DNA of 64,000 nucleotides, from positions 270,444,001 through 270,508,000 of the forward strand of contig OZ024742.1 in NCBI GenBank assembly GCA_964016885.1. Direction: 5' to 3'. The notes below the pieces were generated by a model. It was not told the origin of the DNA, did no database searches, and saw nothing but the letters and a program-made list of their open reading frames with translations. Both the position numbers and the translations under genes were made by a program. Origin of the DNA: Eledone cirrhosa (taxonomy: Eukaryota). Of this stretch, positions 51,505 to 64,000 are shown one piece after another (within the stretch, counting starts at the first letter, position 1; every line of letters begins with the position of its first letter).

Positions 51505-54500
51505 GTCTCTAGCTGTGTCATTCTCGATAAAAGCACTGGATATGTAGTCCTGATGAATTCTAACAAGAATGAAACGCGTAGACTTACTTCCCTTGCTTTT
51601 ATCGAGAATCTAATTGTAATACGTGACGTATTCTATTCTATAGCGATTAGGTCTTCAAAATGTTTATTATAAACATACAGAATATTTTCGAATATTCTAT
51701 GTCTATATTCACATATATATCGCTATTTCAGAGCATTTATTCCAATTTCTAATTTCTGCCGGACCGGCAACCGCTCTTTCAAACCAGTTCCTGTACACAG
51801 CTAAGTATTCTATAAGTCTCTAGCTGTGTCATTCTCGATAAAAGCACTGGATATGTAGTCCTGATGAATTCTAACAAGAATGAAACGCGTAGACTTACTT
51901 CCCTTGCTTTTATCGAGAATCTAATTGTAATACGTGACGTATTCTATTCTATAGCGATTAGGTCTTCAAAATGTTTATTATAAACATACAGAATATTTTC
52001 GAATATTCTATGTCTATATTCACATATATATCGCTATTTCAGAGCATTTATTCCAATTTCTAATTTCTGCCGGACCGGCAACCGCTCTTTCAAACCAGTT
52101 CCTGTACACAGCTAAGTATTCTATAAGTCTCTAGCTGTGTCATTCTCGATAAAAGCACTGGATATGTAGTCCTGATGAATTCTAACAAGAATGAAACGCG
52201 TAGACTTACTTCCCTTGCTTTTATCGAGAATCTAATTGTAATACGTGACGTATTCTATTCTATAGCGATTAGGTCTTCAAAATGTTTATTATAAACATAC
52301 AGAATATTTTCGAATATTCTATGTCTATATTCACATATATATCGCTATTTCAGAGCATTTATTCCAATTTCTAATTTCTGCCGGACCGGCAACCGCTCTT
52401 TCAAACCAGTTCCTGTACACAGCTAAGTATTCTATAAGTCTCTAGCTGTGTCATTCTCGATAAAAGCACTGGATATGTAGTCCTGATGAATTCTAACAAG
52501 AATGAAACGCGTAGACTTACTTCCCTTGCTTTTATCGAGAATCTAATTGTAATACGTGACGTATTCTATTCTATAGCGATTAGGTCTTCAAAATGTTTAT
52601 TATAAACATACAGAATATTTTCGAATATTCTATGTCTATATTCACATATATATCGCTATTTCAGAGCATTTATTCCAATTTCTAATTTCTGCCGGACCGG
52701 CAACCGCTCTTTCAAACCAGTTCCTGTACACAGCTAAGTATTCTATAAGTCTCTAGCTGTGTCATTCTCGATAAAAGCACTGGATATGTAGTCCTGATGA
52801 ATTCTAACAAGAATGAAACGCGTAGACTTACTTCCCTTGCTTTTATCGAGAATCTAATTGTAATACGTGACGTATTCTATTCTATAGCGATTAGGTCTTC
52901 AAAATGTTTATTATAAACATACAGAATATTTTCGAATATTCTATGTCTATATTCACATATATATCGCTATTTCAGAGCATTTATTCCAATTTCTAATTTC
53001 TGCCGGACCGGCAACCGCTCTTTCAAACCAGTTCCTGTACACAGCTAAGTATTCTATAAGTCTCTAGCTGTGTCATTCTCGATAAAAGCACTGGATATGT
53101 AGTCCTGATGAATTCTAACAAGAATGAAACGCGTAGACTTACTTCCCTTGCTTTTATCGAGAATCTAATTGTAATACGTGACGTATTCTATTCTATAGCG
53201 ATTAGGTCTTCAAAATGTTTATTATAAACATACAGAATATTTTCGAATATTCTATGTCTATATTCACATATATATCGCTATTTCAGAGCATTTATTCCAA
53301 TTTCTAATTTCTGCCGGACCGGCAACCGCTCTTTCAAACCAGTTCCTGTACACAGCTAAGTATTCTATAAGTCTCTAGCTGTGTCATTCTCGATAAAAGC
53401 ACTGGATATGTAGTCCTGATGAATTCTAACAAGAATGAAACGCGTAGACTTACTTCCCTTGCTTTTATCGAGAATCTAATTGTAATACGTGACGTATTCT
53501 ATTCTATAGCGATTAGGTCTTCAAAATGTTTATTATAAACATACAGAATATTTTCGAATATTCTATGTCTATATTCACATATATATCGCTATTTCAGAGC
53601 ATTTATTCCAATTTCTAATTTCTGCCGGACCGGCAACCGCTCTTTCAAACCAGTTCCTGTACACAGCTAAGTATTCTATAAGTCTCTAGCTGTGTCATTC
53701 TCGATAAAAGCACTGGATATGTAGTCCTGATGAATTCTAACAAGAATGAAACGCGTAGACTTACTTCCCTTGCTTTTATCGAGAATCTAATTGTAATACG
53801 TGACGTATTCTATTCTATAGCGATTAGGTCTTCAAAATGTTTATTATAAACATACAGAATATTTTCGAATATTCTATGTCTATATTCACATATATATCGC
53901 TATTTCAGAGCATTTATTCCAATTTCTAATTTCTGCCGGACCGGCAACCGCTCTTTCAAACCAGTTCCTGTACACAGCTAAGTATTCTATAAGTCTCTAG
54001 CTGTGTCATTCTCGATAAAAGCACTGGATATGTAGTCCTGATGAATTCTAACAAGAATGAAACGCGTAGACTTACTTCCCTTGCTTTTATCGAGAATCTA
54101 ATTGTAATACGTGACGTATTCTATTCTATAGCGATTAGGTCTTCAAAATGTTTATTATAAACATACAGAATATTTTCGAATATTCTATGTCTATATTCAC
54201 ATATATATCGCTATTTCAGAGCATTTATTCCAATTTCTAATTTCTGCCGGACCGGCAACCGCTCTTTCAAACCAGTTCCTGTACACAGCTAAGTATTCTA
54301 TAAGTCTCTAGCTGTGTCATTCTCGATAAAAGCACTGGATATGTAGTCCTGATGAATTCTAACAAGAATGAAACGCGTAGACTTACTTCCCTTGCTTTTA
54401 TCGAGAATCTAATTGTAATACGTGACGTATTCTATTCTATAGCGATTAGGTCTTCAAAATGTTTATTATAAACATACAGAATATTTTCGAATATTCTATG

Positions 54501-55128
54501 TCTATATTCACATATATATCGCTATTTCAGAGCATTTATTCCAATTTCTAATTTCTGCCGGACCGGCAACCGCTCTTTCAAACCAGTTCCTGTACACAGC
54601 TAAGTATTCTATAAGTCTCTAGCTGTGTCATTCTCGATAAAAGCACCGGATATGTAGTCCTGATGAATTCTAACAAGAATGAAACGCGTAGACTTACTTC
54701 CCTTGCTTTTATCGAGAATCTAATTGTAATACGTGACGTATTCTATTCTATAGCGATTAGGTCTTCAAAATGTTTATTATAAACATACAGAATATTTTCG
54801 AATATTCTATGTCTATATTCACATATATATCGCTATTTCAGAGCATTTATTCCAATTTCTAATTTCTGCCGGACCGGCAACCGCTCTTTCAAACCAGTTC
54901 CTGTACACAGCTAAGTATTCTATAAGTCTCTAGCTGTGTCATTCTCGATAAAAGCACTGGATATGTAGTCCTGATGAATTCTAACAAGAATGAAACGCGT
55001 AGACTTACTTCCCTTGCTTTTATCGAGAATCTAATTGTAATACGTGACGTATTCTATTCTATAGCGATTAGGTCTTCAAAATGTTTATTATAAACATACA
55101 GAATATTTTCGAATATTCTATGTCTATA

Positions 55129-55131
<3 letters not shown>
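51502..55131 (+). mobile_element. Retrozyme-like tandem array 2: about 11.7 x 311-bp units, 12 HHRs
   Basis: TAAGTCTCTAG at 51502, 51813, 52124 and onward (period 311). CTGATGA cores at 51550+311n up to 54971. The only difference noticed is T>C at 54647. Flanked by (TA)n. Confidence 0.92.
51521..51608 (+). ncRNA. Type I hammerhead ribozyme (first of 12 in array 2)
   Basis: TTCTCGATAAAAGCA ctggatat GTAGTC-CTGATGA-ATTCT aaca AGAAT-GAAA-CGCG-TA^GACTTAC ttccct TGCTTTTATCGAGAA; predicted cleavage after 51580. Confidence 0.92.
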
Positions 55132-55188
<57 letters not shown>

Positions 55189-55659
55189 TATATATACCAA
55201 ACTATATCATACAATCGTAAATCGGAAACAATGGTTTGTTTGATTCTCGATATCCTGTATGTGAAAATCAAAAGCCAAGATCACGTAACCATTTCCGAAA
55301 CGTCTTTCGAAAAGAGAACTTTTCGATAAGAGATAATCTGGTTTTCAATCAACCAACTCCTACAAAATATAACTCCAGTTATATAAAGAACATACTTAAA
55401 TGAAAATGCAACTAGTGTAGAAGTAATATATTCAGCAACTTTCCACAAATTTACACAGACGCTGATCTAACACTGTACTATACAGCGAAACATCTCAGCT
55501 TGTGCTAATCTAGTACTGACATCATCTAATATAATAATAATATAGTTAAACTGAATAGCTCCTTTAATGCTAAGCAATGCAGCAGCCATATTTGTAGTGA
55601 ATGATGGTAAACTCAGCAAGTCATGTACTAATCTAATAATACGCAGATGTATATCTGGT

Positions 55660-55848
55660 ATTACTACTACTACTACTACTACTACTACTACCATCACCAC
55701 CACCACCACCACGCCACCACCACCACCACCACCACCACCACCACTACTATTAATAATAATACCACTACTACTACTACAACAACAACTACTACTACTACTA
55801 CCTCTACTTCTACTACTACTACTACTACTACTGCTACTACTACTACAC
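55660..55848. repeat. Compound (ACT)n/(ACC)n microsatellite
   Basis: Directly visible. Confidence 0.9.
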
Positions 55849-57364
55849 ATTAGGTAGACCTCTGCTAAGCTACACAGTAGCTGTTATAGTATTAATGTTA
55901 TATAACTTAGTATTAATCGATGCAGGAGCTAGTCTACCATTAGTCGATCGAGCAGCTATTCGAGTATTCAGGTAAACTCCGTAACTGTTACGTGGTACTT
56001 ATAATCTCCACAGCAGTTACATTAATACTACATTAATCACCAGAAAATCGAGTACTAATTTCCACTGCAACTACTCTAGTACTAACCTAGTACTACACTA
56101 ATAGACATTGAAACAAAAGACTATATTAACAGGATCATCAGTCTATAAAAAATTCAATTTCTCATCATAGTTTTAATATTTTAGTTAGATTTATATATGC
56201 TTTATTTCCACTGTTTGAGGAGTAGATTTTTAATTTGGGAGATTTTGTTTTCCTTTAATATTTAGCTTTGTTGATGTCTTTTTCTAACTACTGATCGATA
56301 TTTGCACTCCTATTGATTTATTGATCTTTTAGAAAAGATGGAAATCCATCGATTGATTGTTTACTCTGTCTGGCCCGTTTCTATTCATCTCTTTATTGGA
56401 AGAGATGAAGAAAAAATTATTTTCTATTTATGTGTATTTTTAGTTTTCTTTACCATTTCATTGATTGATAGAATATATTAAAAATACATAGATATACACA
56501 TAAACACAAATATATATATATATATAAATTATGAATATATACATTTATATGAATGTATATATATATATATTATCTAGGTATGTGTGTATGAGTTCTTGAA
56601 TGTGACTGTGATGGTATTGTGCATGCATACGTATTAGTAATATATGTGTCTCTGTCTGGGAGAAATGGAAAAAAAAATCATATCGTAAGATTTTTACCGC
56701 TCATCTACTCTGCATAAGACTATGTATGTATATGTGAGTTAGTCCGGAGCCTATTTTTACGCCGGTGTATATCATTCAATAATTGTGAATATGTATATAT
56801 GTGTGTGTGGGGGGTCATGTGTGTGCGTATATGTGCGTGTGTGTGTGTGTGTGTACGTGCGTGTGTGTGTGCGTGTCTGTGTGTATGTCTGTCTGTATAT
56901 ATATAGCTAAGACCATAACATATTAACTGAGGATAAACACAGTGTATATATGTGTAGGTGAATGTGTGTGAGAGAGAGATTGTGTGTACATTTCTGTGGA
57001 CATATTTCCAAAGCAAACCTCAGTTACACCCCTTCATTTCGTATAAAACATATTGATTATTGGAAGAGAGGAATATTAAATTATATCGACCTATATCATC
57101 AGATCGTGAACATGGATTGGCAGTGTTGGTGCAAAGTCGTACTCCATGATTTACAGGATAGAATGATGAACCTCTACGTTCTGAGTTCATATTCCGCCAA
57201 TTTAGCCTTACGTTTCATCCTTACTGTGTCGATAAATGAAAGTATCTGTAACGCACTGGGATCGATTTGTTCGATATTCTCTTTACCCCAAAGTGTTTGT
57301 CTTGTACTTAAATCAGAAACAATTATTATTATTATTATTGTTATTATTTATTTATATATTTCAT

Positions 57365-58000
57365 TTATACATACATGCATCTTTAGGTGTTTACACTTGT
57401 GATGTATTTATATTGACAGTACCTTCCTTAGTATATGGACAGTTCCCATAAGTAATATGTGTTGTATTTCTTCTGTACGCGTGTTTTCTGGAATTTGGGA
57501 TGAGTAATCATTAGACCCCTTAGGTATCATTCCTAGCGCGCCTACAACTACTGGTATTGTTTTAGTTCTCAACTTCCATATTTTTCCAATCACTATTTCC
57601 AGGTCTTTATACTTGTTAAATTTTTAAAATGTATTTTATAGATACATTCTTGTCTATAGGTGCGGTCATGTAAATTAGCAGGCATATCCACTTATTATTG
57701 TCATTCAGTATTATATCAGGTCGGTGGATTGGCACTATCGGTAGAGGGTCGGACGCCATGCTTTCAAGCATAGTTATGTCCCTTTACGATCTGAGTTCAA
57801 ATCCCGCCGAGGTTGAATTTGCCTTTCATCCTTACGGGGTCGATAAAATATAGTACCAGTAATGCACTGGGTAATTGCTGGCCTTGTGCCTAAAGTAGAA
57901 ACAAGTATTATATCAGGTCAATTTGCATATATGTTTCGATGTGATTAGACGCTAAATTGATTTGTGACCTTTTTCAAGTACGGGAGGTTGTTGATGTTCC
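57365..58000 (-). mobile_element. Second R4/Dong-like family 3' end, interrupted by a SINE
   Basis: ORF 57408-57593 EIGKIWKLRTKTIPVVVGALGMI...EEIQHILLMGTVHILRKVLS; homologous to 19295-19750. Confidence 0.75.
57723..57903 (+). mobile_element. Full-length tRNA-derived SINE with 16-bp target-site duplication
   Basis: AGTATTATATCAGGTC at 57707-57722 and 57904-57919; A box TGGCACTATCGG and B box GAGTTCAAATCC. Confidence 0.92.
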
Positions 58001-58019
58001 CACCAATTCTGTTGCTCTT

Positions 58020-58960
58020 TAAATGTTTATGGAAGGGAAAAGTTACATGTGTGATGTGGTCAATCTGATGCCAACACCTTCTACGCTCACGGTTGGGCAT
58101 GCCGTGGTTGATGAAAAGCAAAAATGTGCTGAGGATACGACATCTTTAGATATTCTTAAACGTTAAACACTTGTGGTCACTTTTTGTGAGACAGAGCATT
58201 CTTCAGCCCGTCACTTTAATGGAGCTGCAGTCCTAAGACAAGAATAAACGGAGATGTGGCACGTGACATCTGGAATTTTACCAGGGGCTCACTGTTCTCT
58301 AGTAGTCGGGCAATAGGCTCAGTAGAATTCCCTTCTTGAGTTAATGGTGGGCATGTGCAATGACGATTTTGGGAGGCATTGGTCGTTCACGAAATCGAAC
58401 TGATCACTCTGTTCCAGTTTATCTTCAAACCGGAGACTATGGGTAACTTCCAGAAATCCCTCGCTGATTAATGTGTCTGAGGTACACGTAGAACGACGAA
58501 ACCGCTCTGCACGCACTCATCCAGTGCATGGTTTGAAACGTGGAATTATGTCTAACAACTGTTATCTTGTGAGTGACGGATCCGACTATTGACAGAATCC
58601 ATAGTGAAGGTCGCTCCACCGGTTAATTTATGCGGGGATTGGCAGGCTGTTTCCCTCTGCTTGATGGCCGTAGCGATAGAGTTTGTGTGGTGGACTACGT
58701 TAACAATTTATAAGTTTCAATTGGAACGGAAGATGAGGGTGGAGAAGGAATTGCTCTCCCTCCTATCTCTTCAATTTTTAAAAGTTTTTGTGAATTTTGG
58801 AATAATGGCCAGTGTGAAAGGGCTTACTCTCTGCCTGCGCACTTAGTCTGGCTGGCTTGAAAAGAAGAGTGGTTCCCTCCTCGTAGCGTCGGTTGGTTCA
58901 GAATGTGTTGGGTTCCTGCTTTGCTTCCCTGTTCTTCTCCTCCTATTGGGAAAATGATAT
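58020..58960 (+). mobile_element. Degraded Tx1/L1-like LINE 3' fragment
   Basis: Homologous to 11480-12365 (CATCTGGAAT, TTCCAGAAATCCCTCGCT); YKFQLERKMRVEKELL. Confidence 0.55.
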
Positions 58961-59049
58961 TATGATTTTCTTGTTAATTGACATTGATTTCTTCTTCTTC
59001 TTCTTCTTCTTCTTCTTCTTCTTCTTCTTCTTCTTCTTCTTCTTCTTCC

Positions 59050-60530
59050 TCCGGGTCTCCTACCTGTTGGTTTCACTCTTAAAATCTGTCCAGCGTTTCT
59101 TTCCTCAAACTTTCCAATAACATGACCATAGTATCAGAGCTGCGTTCGTATTCTTTCAGTCTTTACCCAAGATTCATGACCATGGGTTAGGGTTGGCACG
59201 AAAACAGAATTAAAGGCCACGAGTTTGGCTTTTACACCTACCTCCCATCTTCTGTTTGTTGGATGCTAAAGGTAGCGCATTACTGCTTTAGCATTTGCAA
59301 TTCTTGCACTTAATTCAGTCTCCTCCTTTCCACCACTCGTCAACATGGCCCCAGGCCTCTTGAACTTATCCAACTTCTTTAGAGGAACACCATTTACGGG
59401 TAGCAGGCACAGCGCTGGCATATTTGAGAGGAGGAGTGTCTCCGTTTTCGCAGCACTGATTTTCATTCCAGCCATACAGCACTCGGCATAAAACCTCTCA
59501 AGTGCAAGTCAAATATCACCTACATTCGAGGTGAGTTACATCACATCGTCTACATATGTCAGCTGACTGATTTTACACCCACCAGTCACGATATCACTTC
59601 CAAATCGGCTACGTATGTCAATCCTGTTCAAATAAATAATGAACAGGAGATGTGACAGCATGCATCCTTGGTGGAGTCCGACTCCCACATTGAACGGTTT
59701 TGATTTAGCACCATTTACCCGAACACAAATACTCGAGCATTCGTATAGAGAGATCAGAGGAGGAAGAAACTGACCACCAATCCCATACATCTGAAGAATA
59801 TTCCACAGCATGCCCCTAGGAACGCAGTCATATCCCTTCTCAAGGTCGACAAATCAAGACTATACTCCCACAATTTCTCGAAGACCTGTCGCAGTGTGAA
59901 TATTTGGTCGGTTGTGTTGCGTCCGGGGCGAAAACCACACTGTCCATCAGCTGGCTTGGATTCGACAATTTTCCTGCATCTCTATACCAGACACTTAGCA
60001 TAGACTTTACCGGGGAGGCTTAAGAAGGAGATCCCTCAGTAATTGGAACAATCTATCATGTATTCCTTTTTGAACATTGCGATATTCTCTCCCGATTGCT
60101 ATGGCTTCGGTGCCCTTGAAGAGATCCAGATCCCTCGGCACACAAGATTCAGCCTGAGAATACCTTCTTTATTTAAGGTTTGTTTACATCTCGGGCTAGA
60201 TGCAATCTACCCCAGAGGCTTTGCGACATTTGAGGTCTTTGACTGCTCTTGCGATTTCAGCCTCTGAGAGATTAATCACCAGTCCCAGACGCAACTTTAT
60301 GTTATCCGAAGATACTGTTCAGATCGGGTGTAGGAGATCAGCAATTTATTCTCTGCACCTCACGAAGATACACCTCTCTGAAGAGAGAACACCAGGTGCA
60401 TTCTTGATGGCAGGTTTAGAGGAGGGTTTCTTATTACGACGTCGGCCGATGGTCTGCCAGAATACTTTATTTGCTGATCTGCTGTCGGATTCCAGCTTAA
60501 ACCCAAAGTCATGCGATGTCTTTGAGTTTC
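59050..60530 (-). mobile_element. Degraded RTE-clade LINE (RT region to 3' end)
   Basis: GISFLSLPGKVYAK, QCGFRPGRNTTDQIFTLRQ, VDLEKGYD, GVGLHQGCMLSHLLFIIY..YVDD and ARIANAK; (GAA)n tail at about 58989-59048. Confidence 0.85.
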
Positions 60531-61584
60531 TTTAAATAATAACTGTAGGTGGGGAATCATCGACTTAAAAAAATCAGGAGAACGTCACAAATATTAGTAA
60601 AGTTCGTAGTTATTCACATGAAATGTTTGTTTGCCTTTTAACTAGGATCCTTTTCGTCATACCTTTAAGCCCTTCAGAGGAATCTCCCATTTTACTAATG
60701 TATATATTCCTTACACATTTAATTGATCGATTATAGTTTTCACTCAAAATTTGTATGAAATATATAATTTTCTATTTGCTCTATATAAGTAGTGAAATAG
60801 TAGAAATGACATTGGATTTTATAACCTTCTTTTGCATTACGTTTTAGTTTCAATTCCTATTCAAGTCAAACATGGATTCTCATAGTGGGGTATCCAAAGC
60901 ACACATATCAAATGATATTCAGTCCTCCTCTAAATATATCTGGCCTTAAACCAGCGGAAACCCAATGCATATTTTTCATATCCAATTAAATATACAATAT
61001 ATAAAAGTAATATTTGTGTGTTACATTTTTGTGTCGTTTGCGGTTGCTCGTAGCATGGAAATTAGATTGGATATTTGATGGGTAAACATAGACTATATGA
61101 GTAAACTTATTTGAGTGTTTAACATAACGTGCACGTATAGTATAGGTCGGTGAATACTGACATAGAATAGAATACAACGTCCAGATGTAAATTTCAATGG
61201 GTGGGAAATAAAAGCTTCTTTTCATAAATACATCTCTATCGCTTGTGATCGAGACATTGCAGTGAAAGTGTAAAAGGTTTCTGTTAAATCTCAATGATCT
61301 AGAAATTCCAATAAGCAATATATAGAGTTAGAAATGTAGGAACAATATTCTATCTTCTATGATAAATATATCATCATTACTGTACAAATCATGCAATTGT
61401 TCTTTATATTACCCATGCACCAGGAACAGACCTGCCAATCACAGCCCATCCCCCATGCAATAAACCTTCAATTAAACAGCATGACCATAGCACTCACTGA
61501 ACATAACGCATATCCTATACTATCAAAATCAACTAGAATAAGAAAACCCCACAACACAATTAAATGGACCCCACTACTTGATAA

Positions 61585-61705
61585 GCACTTTATTTTATCG
61601 ACGCACAAAAGATGAAAGGCAAAATTAACTTCTGCGTGATTGGAATTCAGAACTTAAAAATACCCCAAAGCATTTTGTCCGAGACACTAATGATTCTGGC
61701 AATCA
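61585..61705 (-). mobile_element. Old SINE remnant (further remnants near 57110-57315, 62370-62450 and 63060-63180)
   Basis: ACTTTATTTTATCGAC..GATGAAAGGCAAA core. Confidence 0.6.
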
Positions 61706-63763
61706 TCTACCATGCAAACTAATGAAATAATGTAATACAGCTCTTACAACGTACTCCCATATAATATCACCATAGAACAAATTAAATGAGATCATCCACC
61801 TCAAAAATCCCACTTATAATAAATAGTTATAAAATAATCATACCCGATGTTATAACACCAGCAAATCACAATCGTATTCTAAATAGTCGTCACCACGTTT
61901 ACTCTACACACAAAAAGAACACAACGTACAGACGTGAATGCTACCAGACACTATAACAACAATATCGCATATGGTGTTATAATACATTTCACAGAACTTT
62001 CGCCCAATCACCTTCGAAAAGTAAAGGACATCTACAGAATACAAGTAACACTCAATAAAATAACACAATTCATATATCACATTCTCTACAAAACAGAAGA
62101 AACACTACAACCACCCTAAAACGACAAAATACCACCCAGAATAGATCAATGCAATAATGATCCTTCATCGCAAAAAGATAATGCTGCTCAAATATTCTGT
62201 ATATGAAGTTGCAAACCATGGTGCCTAACTATTCTAAAACAGACGAGTGCATAATATAAAACAATAATGATAATATTTATTTCTAACATTGGCAAAAGGC
62301 GAGCGATATAGCCCTCAGTATTTAAATGGTTCTTTATTTTATTGACTGCGGAATGAGGAAATCTAAAGTTAAACTCGGTAGGTTTTGAACTCAGAACGTA
62401 AAATGTCAGAGCTAAATTGCGCAAATAATTTAATCCAATACTCTAACGATTCTAGTAATACACCAGGCTCAATTGATTTTAATTTAGGCACAACGCCACT
62501 AATTTCTAACACAGTACATGATAGATTGATTAGTTTATCAAGCCTAGATGGTCGAAAACCAATGTTTATCTTGTCACGATTTGAACCAAGAATATAAAGT
62601 GCTGTAACCATTACCGCAATGCCTTCTGTTCGATGTTTTACTGTTTCTCCAAACCCATCGCTCAGTTTACCCGTAGCAGTGGAGATTTCTGGTGTCTGTG
62701 ACCCTAGGGGCATCTCCCTACTCATCACACAGAATTGGTTACCTGCAGCGTTTGTCCCTCAGCATCCTCCGGAGAAACGTTTTCTCTATTTTGTCCGCCG
62801 GAACTGCATGTCAGCCAGCACGTGGGCTCCAATTGTACATAATAGTGAGAGATGGGGAGAGTGGGAGAGACGGAGGCAGTGACAATAGATGTTTGATTAC
62901 ACGCTTAATTAAACTTATTCATTATCCCATGACAAATATCATTTTGATGTAAAGAAATGTAATTCACATAGCACTAAGTATCACAAGTGTGTAGTTTAGA
63001 ACACAGTGACAAGCCCAGCAATTTTTTATAAATATCTTTCTCGTATACCCAACATAACATATATCTTAACAAACAAGATTAAAGGCAAAGTCATCTTTGA
63101 AATCCAAAAGTTAAGAACGTTCATAAATTAATTCCCAAGTTATTCTTTTTTCTTTCGTTGCTTTAACGTTTCTGCCAATCCATGATAATCATAATTCGGC
63201 TGCTGCTAGTTTTAGTGATGTTCATTGTGCATAGTTTCTTCTCATTTCAGTTTGCTGCAACCGGCACAAGAGGAATCCAGCATAACATTGACTGTGGATC
63301 TCGTGTCTCATCAGTTAGAAATAGTTTACTGGCTTGGAATTAACGGAAAAAGAGTTGGACTCCTTACTAATGAGTGGAATTCTATAAAAGGGAAAACGGG
63401 CATACGTTTAAAAAGTATTAATGGAATGGGTCAAACTTCTAGAACAAAATTTACCAATATCAAAATAATGAGAAACATTAACCGCAATCAGAATGGAATC
63501 TAAAAACAAAAGCAAAAATATACAAACGACAGCTATGCTGCATGAAAATAAACATGGGTTAGAATGATGACCCCATTCGTAATGTGTAGGATCAAAAGAA
63601 AAGAAATAATGATGATAATTTTAATGATGCCAACAGTAACAATAGGCGTATTGCTAAGAAAACAGGCATCATTAACGACGAGCAAAACATGAACGAAATG
63701 ACGATGGAATTAATGACAAAATATAATTATTTTAAATGAAATACAAATATATGTGTGTTTAAA

Positions 63764-63819
<56 letters not shown>

Positions 63820-64000
63820 ACAATAAAGAAAGCAATGCCAATAAATAAAGTGAATGCAAGAAAAAAGGTTTTAAACATGAGATATACAAAAGAAAACACT
63901 ACTAAATACAATCTGTTGCGTGCACTAATCTAATGGTGTTGACTATAATACCACTACAACATTAACAAAACAAAACAAAACCACCACCACAACAATAACA

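Noticed and set aside
57723-57810. tRNA gene
   Set aside because: A and B boxes belong to a SINE head; there is no cloverleaf and a SINE core and TSD follow.
62600-62880. GC-richer block as a possible host exon
   Set aside because: No clean frame or splice sites; weak resemblance to a degraded LINE 3' end on the minus strand.

Overview
AT-rich, microsatellite-dense animal DNA with no recognisable host exons. The SINE repertoire and (TA)n/(CA)n/(ATT)n load suggest a cephalopod, probably Octopus (inference). Most long ORFs are microsatellite artefacts or transposon remnants: RTE, Tx1/L1-like, R4/Dong-like, CRE-like and CR1-like LINEs, Penelope-like elements (PLEs), a Helitron end, a hAT-like transposase and tRNA-derived SINEs. 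The main signal is non-coding. Two young tandem arrays of a 310/311-bp unit (2081-3103 and 51095-55131) carry a complete type I hammerhead ribozyme (HHR) in every unit, i.e. they look like retrozymes. Each array is internally near-identical, has a non-integer copy number and an inverted 5' segment, and array 1 has a target-site duplication. This fits rolling-circle reverse transcription of a circular RNA by a PLE enzyme (inference). Older relatives with a different HHR module (about 28 kb and 38 kb) and several other HHR families in PLE terminal repeats are also present. All alignments and folds were done by eye, and degraded element boundaries are approximate.
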